From NCBI RefSeq assembly GCF_023380205.1, contig NZ_CP093361.1, positions 1,298,172 to 1,330,171 of the forward strand: a DNA stretch of 32,000 nt, in the 5' to 3' direction. Below are positions 24,632 to 32,000 of the stretch, piece by piece; the first letter of the stretch is position 1, and each line of letters opens with the position of its first letter. The notes below the pieces were generated by a model that saw only the letters and a program-made list of their open reading frames with translations, made no database searches and was not told the DNA's origin. The DNA comes from Nicoliella spurrieriana (lineage in GTDB: Bacteria > Bacillota > Bacilli > Lactobacillales > Lactobacillaceae). Made by a program: the position numbers and the translations under genes.

Positions 24632-27043
24632 TTACATAAAACTGACTGGTTCGGAATCAATCGAAATGTAAATTCCATGCCGAATCGCAGTTTGATATTT
24701 GTTCAACACGTGTTCTAGTGCTGATTGTAATTTTGGTTCATGTTTATACTTGATTAGCAACTGATAATAATATTTATTCTTAATTCTAGAAATTGCCGAG
24801 GGCGTGGGACCTAAAATAATGTCACCATTAGTCAGCGTCTGCCTTAAGTAACGGTCAATTTCATAGATGACCTTCGCCGATTGATTCTCAAACTTAGCGT
24901 TGGCAGTGATACGCACCGTAAAGAAGTACGGTGGGTAGTTTGCAATGTGCCTAATTCGCATTTCAGAACGGTAAAAGGCCTCATAGTCCTGTTCCTTAGC
25001 CAACTGAATGGCCTTATTATCAGGATTATAAGTCTGGATATAAACCTCACCCTGCTTTTGAGCTCGGCCTGCCCGGCCACTGACCTGCGTCAATAATTGA
25101 AATGTCTTTTCATTCGCCCGAAAATCAGGTAGATCCAACGAAGTATCGGCATTTAACACCCCAACTAACGTCACGTTCGGGAAATCAAGCCCCTTGGCAA
25201 TCATCTGGGTGCCCAGTAAAATATCCGCCTGCCCACTCCCAAATTGGGCCAATAAGCGTTCGTGGGCGCCCTTGCGTTTAGTGGTGTCAACGTCCATTCT
25301 AATTACGCTAGCATTAGGTAACAACTGATTTAATTGCTGTTCAACTTTTTCAGTTCCCGTCCCAAATGAACGAAGGCGCTGCCCATGACAATTGGGACAG
25401 CGATTGGGAATTGGTTGCTCAAATCCACAGTAGTGACATTGCATCCGATGCCCCTTTAAATGCAGGGTCAACGAGATATCACAATTGGGACACTTTAAAA
25501 CAAATCCACAATCACGACACATCAAAAACGACGAATAACCCCGCCGGTTCAGCATTAAAACGGTCTGTTCCTTCCGGGCTAATCGGTGCTGAATTGCAGT
25601 TAACAGCGGTTCTGAAAAATCAGTCTTACCATCATTGATTAATACATTACGCATATCAACGACGTTGACCGTGGGGAGTGATTGATTATTAATTCGGTGC
25701 GGCATCATCAATAGGTGGTAGACGTCCTTTCCGGCTCGGGCTCTTGACTCGAGCGAGGGCGTCGCACTGCCTAAGACCACTGGACAGTGATTATAAGCTC
25801 CCCGCCATTTAGCCACCTCACGGGTATTATAACGGGGAGTATCCTCTTGTTTATAGCTACTGTCGTGTTCTTCATCCATAATGATGACCCCGATGTTTTT
25901 TAACGGCGCAAAGACTGCAGAACGGGCGCCGACTACCACTTGAGCATCCCCAGCATTAATGCGCCGCCACTCATCGTACCGCTCACCGATTGAAAGGCCA
26001 CTATGTAGCATTGCTACCATGTCACCAAAGCGGCCCTTGACCCGGTTCACCATTTGGGGAGTCAATGCAATTTCTGGAACTAGCATCAAAGCTGTTTTTC
26101 CAGCTACCAATGCCTTTTGGATTGCCTGGAGGTAGACCTCCGTTTTCCCGGAACCGGTGACCCCTTCCAATAAATACACGTCTGCAGTTTCATTTTTGAT
26201 CGATGCAGCAATTTGATCAACCGCTTGTTTTTGGTCGTCATTTAATGCTAATGGATAGTTTCTGGCAATTGAATGTTTCGAGGGATCGCGTAATACGGTC
26301 ACCCGTTGTTTATTAACCCAGCCTTTTTTAGCGGCAGTGTTAATCGTTGAAATGGGGATTTGCAACATACTGGCGAGTCGAGGCTGTTCAATTGGTTGAT
26401 CAGGATGCTCGATTAACCACTTCAATAGTTTTTGTTGGGCAACCGCATTAGCAGCAACTTGTTCTAATACAGCTTTTAATTCGGCAACGGATTGTGCAGG
26501 CGTAATTTGGAGGACCTGTTTCGCCCGGGCCTGGTTTTTGACTACGTAGTCCAGCGTTAACTGTCCGGTCCGAACTGCATCGATAATCGCCTTCAATTGA
26601 TCAGGATTGAATTGATCCTCATCGTACTCCAATTCACTTTGTTTCCCGAATAGCGCTGCAATTGAGGGCTCCAATGGCGCCTTATTAATCCGCAATACCT
26701 TGGTCGCCTTAGCTCGCATCACGCTCGGTAGCATCGTCATGATGCAACTAATCCGAAATGAAAAGGTCGTTTGAGCTAGCCATGCAGATAGTTTTAACAA
26801 CTCATCATTAACCACTGGGGTTAGGTCAATGATCGAGTCAATTTGCTTCATTTTACCATCGTAATCAACATGATTGCTAAACCCCACAATAAAGCCCTGC
26901 ACCTTACGCTTACCACGGCCAAACGGAACGACCACTCGCATCCCCAGCTTTAGATCGCCCGCTAATTCAGATGGAATCTGGTAGGTATAGGGTTGATCAG
27001 TCTGCATGGTGGGTACATCCACTAATACTTCAGCGAATTTCAC
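24632..27043 (-). CDS. priA: Primosomal protein N' (PriA helicase)
   Basis: An 803-aa protein with GVTGSGKTEVY, DEEHD and the Cys-rich Zn-binding insert CRDCG...CPNC...CHYCG...CPNC. The start is GTG at 27041-27043. Confidence 0.95.
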   Translation of the reverse strand: MKFAEVLVDVPTMQTDQPYTYQIPSELAGDLKLGMRVVVPFGRGKRKVQGFIVGFSNHVDYDGKMKQIDSIIDLTPVVNDELLKLSAWLAQTTFSFRISCIMTMLPSVMRAKATKVLRINKAPLEPSIAALFGKQSELEYDEDQFNPDQLKAIIDAVRTGQLTLDYVVKNQARAKQVLQITPAQSVAELKAVLEQVAANAVAQQKLLKWLIEHPDQPIEQPRLASMLQIPISTINTAAKKGWVNKQRVTVLRDPSKHSIARNYPLALNDDQKQAVDQIAASIKNETADVYLLEGVTGSGKTEVYLQAIQKALVAGKTALMLVPEIALTPQMVNRVKGRFGDMVAMLHSGLSIGERYDEWRRINAGDAQVVVGARSAVFAPLKNIGVIIMDEEHDSSYKQEDTPRYNTREVAKWRGAYNHCPVVLGSATPSLESRARAGKDVYHLLMMPHRINNQSLPTVNVVDMRNVLINDGKTDFSEPLLTAIQHRLARKEQTVLMLNRRGYSSFLMCRDCGFVLKCPNCDISLTLHLKGHRMQCHYCGFEQPIPNRCPNCHGQRLRSFGTGTEKVEQQLNQLLPNASVIRMDVDTTKRKGAHERLLAQFGSGQADILLGTQMIAKGLDFPNVTLVGVLNADTSLDLPDFRANEKTFQLLTQVSGRAGRAQKQGEVYIQTYNPDNKAIQLAKEQDYEAFYRSEMRIRHIANYPPYFFTVRITANAKFENQSAKVIYEIDRYLRQTLTNGDIILGPTPSAISRIKNKYYYQLLIKYKHEPKLQSALEHVLNKYQTAIRHGIYISIDSEPVSFM

Positions 27044-27061
27044 GGTACATCGCGTCCTTTC

Positions 27062-28270
27062 CTATTTTAAGTCATCAGCGACCATATTCACAAGCCGTTC
27101 CGCAATTGCTATTTTCGGCAGGACCGGCGTTTGGACTGGCTCATGCCCCGCACGTAAGAACGTAACCTGATTATTGTCACTGCTAAATCCAATTTGGGGG
27201 TTAGCAACATCGTTTGCCACCAATAAATTAAGCCCCTTGGCGTGTAATTTTTTAAGCGCATTTTGCCTTAAATCATTCGTTTCAGCGGCAAATCCCACCG
27301 TATATTGATCAGGACGCTTAATTTTAGCAACCGCCTTTAAAATATCAGCTGCTTCTCTAAACTGGAGGGTAAATAAATCTGATTGGGCAGCTTTTTTAAT
27401 TTTTTGCCCAGCGACATGAACGGATTCAAAGTCAGCTACCGCAGCGGTCATCACTAACACATCCGTTTCAGGCATTAATTTCAACACGGCTGTTTTCAAT
27501 TCAGCACTTGTAACTACTGACACCACTTTAATTCCATCCGGAACTTTAACCCGCACATCAGCACAGATTAAAGTCACATCGGCTCCTAACCGTGCTGCTG
27601 CGCTAGCTACTGCAATTCCCATCTTGCCAGAAGATGAATTAGTAATAAACCGAACCGGATCAATGGGTTGCCGGGTCGCACCGGCAGTGACTAAGACCCG
27701 CTTCCCCTTCAATTTTAAATCAGCAGCAGGAGTGGTTAAGCGTTCAATCAACCGGAACACGGTTTTGGGTTCCGCCATTCGCCCCTTGGCCTGGTATCCT
27801 TCGGCTAAAAAACCAACTACTGGATCAACAATTTTACAACCGTCGGTCCGTAATTGCTCTAAATTCCGCTGCGTTGCCGGATTAGCAAGCATTTGATCAT
27901 TCATTGCTGGGACGATCATCTTGGGGGCACTAGTGGCAAGTAGCGTTGTCGTGGCCAAATTGTCAGCTAAGCCATTTGCTAATTTGGCAATTGTGTTGGC
28001 ATCAGCGGGCATGACCAAGGCTAAATCACTCCACTGTGCTAATTCAATATGGGTAATGTCAGAATCGTGCATTCCAAAACTATGATCAGTTAATACCGGG
28101 TGTTTGGATAACGCTTGAAAACTAAGTGGTTTGATAAAATCCAATGCTCCGTTAGTCATCACCACTCGAACGTTAGCGCCCGCTTTGACCAATAACCGGG
28201 TCATCAAAAGGCTTTTATAAGCAGCAATACTCCCCGTAACGTAAAGGGCAACGTTTAAATTTTGAATCAT
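27062..28270 (-). CDS. coaBC: Bifunctional phosphopantothenoylcysteine decarboxylase / phosphopantothenate-cysteine ligase
   Basis: A 402-aa protein with an N-terminal flavoprotein domain (VTGSIAAYK, PAMN) and a C-terminal CoaB domain (ITNSSSGKMG). Confidence 0.95.
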   Translation of the reverse strand: MIQNLNVALYVTGSIAAYKSLLMTRLLVKAGANVRVVMTNGALDFIKPLSFQALSKHPVLTDHSFGMHDSDITHIELAQWSDLALVMPADANTIAKLANGLADNLATTTLLATSAPKMIVPAMNDQMLANPATQRNLEQLRTDGCKIVDPVVGFLAEGYQAKGRMAEPKTVFRLIERLTTPAADLKLKGKRVLVTAGATRQPIDPVRFITNSSSGKMGIAVASAAARLGADVTLICADVRVKVPDGIKVVSVVTSAELKTAVLKLMPETDVLVMTAAVADFESVHVAGQKIKKAAQSDLFTLQFREAADILKAVAKIKRPDQYTVGFAAETNDLRQNALKKLHAKGLNLLVANDVANPQIGFSSDNNQVTFLRAGHEPVQTPVLPKIAIAERLVNMVADDLK

Positions 28271-28288
28271 TTAATTCCTCCATATATT

Positions 28289-28317
28289 AAAAAAGCCCTT
28301 GTGAATTTCACAAAGGG
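28289..28317 (-). terminator. Rho-independent terminator after rpoZ
   Basis: On the minus strand, CCCTTTGTGAA/TTCACAAGGG forms a ~10-bp stem with a 1-nt bulge (28296-28317), followed by CTTTTTT. The coaBC SD (GGAGG) follows immediately. Confidence 0.55.
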
Positions 28318-28338
28318 TTCTCTAGTAAAACAATTAGT

Positions 28339-28533
28339 CTAACGATCAATTTGTACAACGCCCGCTGCAATTTCTTCGAACGCCTTTCCAATTGACTTTT
28401 GTGACTTATATTCTGATAACAATGGCTTAGCACCGGCATCTAATTCGTGGGCCCGCTTACTTGCCAACATAATTAATGAATACCGAGAATTCACTTGGGT
28501 CAATAATTTATCAACTGATGGGTATAGTAACAT
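28339..28533 (-). CDS. rpoZ: DNA-directed RNA polymerase subunit omega
   Basis: A 64-aa protein, [31 protein letters not shown], which matches the omega signature. Its ATG overlaps the gmk stop (TAATG). Confidence 0.88.
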   Translation of the reverse strand: MLLYPSVDKLLTQVNSRYSLIMLASKRAHELDAGAKPLLSEYKSQKSIGKAFEEIAAGVVQIDR

Positions 28534-29150
28534 TAATCTTCATCTCCTAACATTGAAAGGTAATCAGGCATTACACGAGTAACCTTCAATCGTTCGCTGC
28601 GAACGATGTTTTTAATATTGGTAACTGCATTTTCCACCTTATCATTCAAAACGGCATAGTCATAATTGCGCATCATCTTGATTTCACCAACGGCAGTATG
28701 AATTCGCTTATTGATAACATCCATTTCATCGGTCCCCCGACCAATTAATCGATTTCTTAATTCTAATAAGTCAGGTGGCGTTAGAAATACAAAGACGCCC
28801 TCTGGTGAATTAGCACGAACTTGCATGGCACCATTCACTTCAATTTCTAAAAAGACATCCCGCCCTGAATCAAGGGTTTGATTAACGTATTCCAGTGGTG
28901 TGCCATAGTAATTGTCAACGTACTTAGCGTACTCTAACATTTCACCATTCTTAATTTTTTCTTCGAATTCTTCCTTTGATACGAAGAAGTAGTCAACACC
29001 ATTCTTTTCCCCATCACGTGGTTTCCTAGTCGTCATGGAGATTGAATATTGAAAATCAACATCTGGTTCATTAAAAAGTGCTTTTCTAACGGTTCCCTTA
29101 CCAACGCCAGAAGGCCCTGATAACACAATTAACATTCCTCTTTTAACCAT
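28533..29150 (-). CDS. gmk: Guanylate kinase
   Basis: [10 protein letters not shown]-loop plus the [21 protein letters not shown] signature. The ORF-track TTG at 29168 is probably upstream of the true ATG at 29148-29150 (SD GAAGGGA at 9 nt). Confidence 0.95.
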   Translation of the reverse strand: MVKRGMLIVLSGPSGVGKGTVRKALFNEPDVDFQYSISMTTRKPRDGEKNGVDYFFVSKEEFEEKIKNGEMLEYAKYVDNYYGTPLEYVNQTLDSGRDVFLEIEVNGAMQVRANSPEGVFVFLTPPDLLELRNRLIGRGTDEMDVINKRIHTAVGEIKMMRNYDYAVLNDKVENAVTNIKNIVRSERLKVTRVMPDYLSMLGDED

Positions 29151-29185
29151 TTTTAAATATCCCTTCAAAATAAGCTATTATTTAT

Positions 29186-29214
29186 ATTATCACTTTTTTT
29201 AACCAATTTATCAA
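29186..29214 (-). promoter_or_regulatory. Candidate sigma-A promoter for the gmk-rpoZ unit
   Basis: On the minus strand: -35 TTGATA (29209-29214), a 17-nt spacer, and -10 GATAAT (29186-29191). It lies about 35 nt upstream of the gmk ATG. Confidence 0.4.
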
Positions 29215-29228
29215 CCCATTAATTTAGA

Positions 29229-30923
29229 TTAAACGTGTTTCTTTTCTGAAGCCATCTTAAGCATTTCATCAGCATGTTCTAATGTTAATTTTGTCACCTT
29301 TTTACCAGCTAACATTCTTGATAATTCAGTAACCTGCTGATCATGGTCCAGTTTTTGAATTGTGGTTTTAGTCCGGTTGTTAATCACCTGTTTTCCAATA
29401 AAGTAATGGTGGTCACCAATTGCTGCAACTTGTGGTAAATGGGTGATGCAAAGGACCTGTTCAGTCTCAGCAATCGCACTGATCTTTTCGGCCATTGCCT
29501 GTGCAACACGACCACTAACCCCGGTATCAACTTCATCAAAGATAATTGAAGTTACCCCCTGTGCGCTAACAAAGATGGTTTTTAAAGCCAGCATAATTCT
29601 GGACAATTCACCACCGGAAGCAATTTTGGCTAATTCATGAAATCCTTCTCCCGGATTAGTTTGAATGTAAAACGCCACCGCTTCAATCCCATTGCTAGTA
29701 AAATGGTGGGTGGCATTGGGCGTAAAACTAACCTCAAAGCGCGTTTGTTCCATGTATAAATCTGCTAATTGTTGGTGAATGCGTCCTTCTAATTTAACTG
29801 CAGATTGATGGCGAAGCGAACTCATTTGCTCACCTAACTGCTGTAACTTCGTTTCCACAGTTAATAATTGTTCATCTAAATCATTACTATCACTTTGATC
29901 CGCTTCGGTTTGTTTTAATTCTTTACTAATTTTTTGATAGTAATTCAAAATTTTTTCAATGGAATCTCCATATTTACGCTTTAGTTGGTAAATCAAATCC
30001 AAGCGCGCTTCAATGTCCGCTAAGCGATTTTCATCGAACTCCTGTAAATCAGTTTCCCGAGAAATTTGATTAGAAGCATCCTGTAAGGCGTAGTAAGCAT
30101 TCTGCAAGTCTTCACTAATCGCTTGATAGCTGTCATCGTATTGCTCAATGGATTGCATCGAATTCATTGCATCACCAATCATATCCAACGGGCTAATGGT
30201 TTCATCCCCATTAATTTGAACAAAGCTCCCCTTTAACGCATCGCTAATTTTTTGATGATTTAACAGCTGATCACGTTCCTTCACTAATTCGTCTTCCTCA
30301 TTTGGTTGTAACTCAGCTGCATTAATTTCATTCACTTGAAATTGGAGCATATCAATATGCTGTGCCCATTGTTGTTGATTATTATTCTTATCTTCAACTA
30401 GCTGCTTGAGCTTTTTAAAACGACGGTAATAATGCTGGTATGATTCCAAAATGGTTTTGATGGGTTTGCCGATGAACTCATCCAAAAGATGTAGGTGGCG
30501 CTCCGGTTGCAATAATTCCTGGTGGTCATGTTGGCCCTCAATATCAACGATGGTCTGCCCAATCCGTTTTAAAGTATTGGTATTGACTAACATTCCGTTA
30601 ACTCGACAAACATTCCGCCCATTTTGGGTAATCTCACGTTGTAAAATCACACTACCATCATCATGATCAATGCCTAGTTCATCTAATAAGCGGTAGGTCA
30701 GCCCGTCAGCTGGAAAGATAAATTGACCCTGTAAGACCAATTTATCGGCCCCCGATCGAATCAACGATTTAGAACCCCGCCCACCGGCAAGTAGGCCAAT
30801 TGCATCCATTACGATTGATTTCCCAGCACCGGTCTCCCCGGTCAGCACCGTCATATGGTCCTCAAAATTGACCTCAATATGATCAATAATGGCTAAATTC
30901 TTGATGTTTAATTCCTGTAGCAA
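29229..30923 (-). CDS. recN: DNA repair protein RecN
   Basis: A 564-aa SMC-like protein with N-terminal GETGAGKS, a coiled coil, and C-terminal SGGELSRIMLALK plus IFDEVD. The TTG start at 30921-30923 lies 8 nt after GGGGGA. Confidence 0.95.
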   Translation of the reverse strand: MLQELNIKNLAIIDHIEVNFEDHMTVLTGETGAGKSIVMDAIGLLAGGRGSKSLIRSGADKLVLQGQFIFPADGLTYRLLDELGIDHDDGSVILQREITQNGRNVCRVNGMLVNTNTLKRIGQTIVDIEGQHDHQELLQPERHLHLLDEFIGKPIKTILESYQHYYRRFKKLKQLVEDKNNNQQQWAQHIDMLQFQVNEINAAELQPNEEDELVKERDQLLNHQKISDALKGSFVQINGDETISPLDMIGDAMNSMQSIEQYDDSYQAISEDLQNAYYALQDASNQISRETDLQEFDENRLADIEARLDLIYQLKRKYGDSIEKILNYYQKISKELKQTEADQSDSNDLDEQLLTVETKLQQLGEQMSSLRHQSAVKLEGRIHQQLADLYMEQTRFEVSFTPNATHHFTSNGIEAVAFYIQTNPGEGFHELAKIASGGELSRIMLALKTIFVSAQGVTSIIFDEVDTGVSGRVAQAMAEKISAIAETEQVLCITHLPQVAAIGDHHYFIGKQVINNRTKTTIQKLDHDQQVTELSRMLAGKKVTKLTLEHADEMLKMASEKKHV

Positions 30924-30970
30924 TGGAGAAATCCCCCTATAACAAAAAAAGACTCAACGATTAAGTCCCT

Positions 30971-31426
30971 TTATTTTACCACTAGTTGATTTATTTTGTC
31001 TCTAAATTCGATAGCCGCTGCATCTGAAACACAGATAATCAAAACGGTATTATCATCACATAGGACCCCGAAGACGGAGTCGTAGTTCATTTTCTCCACT
31101 AACGAACTAAGAACGGCCCCGCTACCTGGAGAAACCTTGATCAAAACGTTCTTGTCCTGAACAGCGATTGAAATTAAAGAATCATCAACTGCTTGTTGGA
31201 GTTTTTTTTCGATATTAATTCTTTTTTCTTGTGGCAAGCTGTATTTATAGCCACCTAAACGGGAGGGCACTTTTACTAACCGCATTTCCTTGATGTCTCG
31301 AGAGACCGTTGCTTGAGTTACTTTGACCCCCACTTCATCAAGCATCTTAACGAATTCTGCTTGATTCCGGATTGCTTCTTTACTAATTAATTGTTTGATC
31401 ATGTGTTGGCGATCTCTTTTTTTCAA
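30971..31426 (-). CDS. argR: Arginine repressor ArgR/AhrC
   Basis: KKRDRQHMIKQLIS...VTQATVSRDIKEMRLVKVP is the winged-helix N-domain, followed by a C-terminal oligomerisation domain. The TTG at 31424-31426 (7 nt after GGGGGG) gives the typical N-terminus. The ORF-track ATG at 31441 abuts AGGA with no spacing. Confidence 0.9.
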   Translation of the reverse strand: MKKRDRQHMIKQLISKEAIRNQAEFVKMLDEVGVKVTQATVSRDIKEMRLVKVPSRLGGYKYSLPQEKRINIEKKLQQAVDDSLISIAVQDKNVLIKVSPGSGAVLSSLVEKMNYDSVFGVLCDDNTVLIICVSDAAAIEFRDKINQLVVK

Positions 31427-31449
31427 TTCGGAACCCCCCATTCCTAATG

Positions 31450-32000
31450 TTACTTTTTAATATTTAGTGCTTCATCTGCATTTTTTAGGACTTGCGCAAC
31501 AGACACGTCTGGTGAAATTTCTGGATGCTCAACGGACTTTAAATGAATTAAGAATTCAATATTACCCTCGCCACCCTTAATTGGTGAAAAGTCTAATCCT
31601 AAGACTGAATAGCCACTGGCAACTGAAAATTGGATAATATCATTCAATACGTCAACGTGCACTTGATGGTCACGAACAATTCCATGTTTACCAACGTTTT
31701 CACGACCAGCTTCGAATTGTGGCTTCACTAGCGCAACGACTTCCCCTGCCGGTTCAATGATTTGCTTCAATGGTGGCAAAATTAAATGTAGTGAAATAAA
31801 CGAAACATCAATTGAAGCAAACTCAGGACGACCATCAGTAAAATCTGCTAGCTTACTATACCTGAAGTTAGTATGTTCCATTACAATTACCCGGGGGTCA
31901 TTTCTTAACTTCCACACCAATTGATTGCTACCCACGTCTAATGCATAACTTTGCTTAGCACCCGATTGCAGCATTACATCGGTAAACCCACCGGTCGAAG
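31450..32000 (-). CDS. tlyA: TlyA/YqxC-family rRNA 2'-O-methyltransferase, C-terminal part (gene runs off the window end)
   Basis: The reading frame stays open upstream of the ORF-track ATG. My translation of 31975-31998 gives STGGFTDV, joining MLQSGAK..., the SAM-binding GASTGGFTD motif of TlyA-like enzymes. The tlyA-argR-recN order matches Bacilli. Confidence 0.85.
   Translation of the reverse strand, partial: STGGFTDVMLQSGAKQSYALDVGSNQLVWKLRNDPRVIVMEHTNFRYSKLADFTDGRPEFASIDVSFISLHLILPPLKQIIEPAGEVVALVKPQFEAGRENVGKHGIVRDHQVHVDVLNDIIQFSVASGYSVLGLDFSPIKGGEGNIEFLIHLKSVEHPEISPDVSVAQVLKNADEALNIKK

Noticed and set aside
1-32000. CRISPR arrays, tRNA or rRNA genes, and toxin-antitoxin-like small gene pairs
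   Set aside because: None was found. Coding density is very high, intergenic gaps are mostly under 70 nt, and no direct-repeat/spacer periodicity or cloverleaf-like segments were seen.

Overview
This 32-kb window is almost entirely a minus-strand block of core housekeeping genes. The order is typical of Lactobacillaceae/Bacilli, judged from protein signatures and synteny; no species call is possible. Reading along the minus strand: tlyA-like (partial), argR, recN, gmk, rpoZ, coaBC, priA, fmt, rsmB, stp, pknB, rsgA, rpe, thiN, then rpmB (the only + strand gene), asp23, yloV/fakA, recG, plsX, acpP, rnc, smc, ftsY, ylxM, ffh, [cassette], rpsP, khpA, rimM (partial). I found no rRNA, tRNA, CRISPR array, transposase, integrase or long repeat. 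The only intergenic gaps of about 100 nt or more are 873-971 and 16981-17195. The one element outside the conserved order is a tightly packed three-gene cassette wedged exactly between ffh and rpsP. It comprises a MoxR/AAA_5-like ATPase (2555-3697), a VWA protein (1278-2543) and an orphan 99-aa protein with an acidic DIDDDNPF patch (972-1271). The VWA protein has an intact MIDAS motif, but its N-terminal metallopeptidase-like domain has no HExxH. This cassette is the best candidate for an undescribed system. Its function cannot be read from the sequence, so competing hypotheses (ribosome/SRP remodeller, metal or cofactor chaperone, conflict system) are listed with tests. Secondary observations cover the cassette's transcriptional wiring, a rimM with no canonical start codon, an ambiguous recG start, a very acidic FtsY N-terminus paired with a very basic Ffh tail, and several ORF-track starts that look over-extended.
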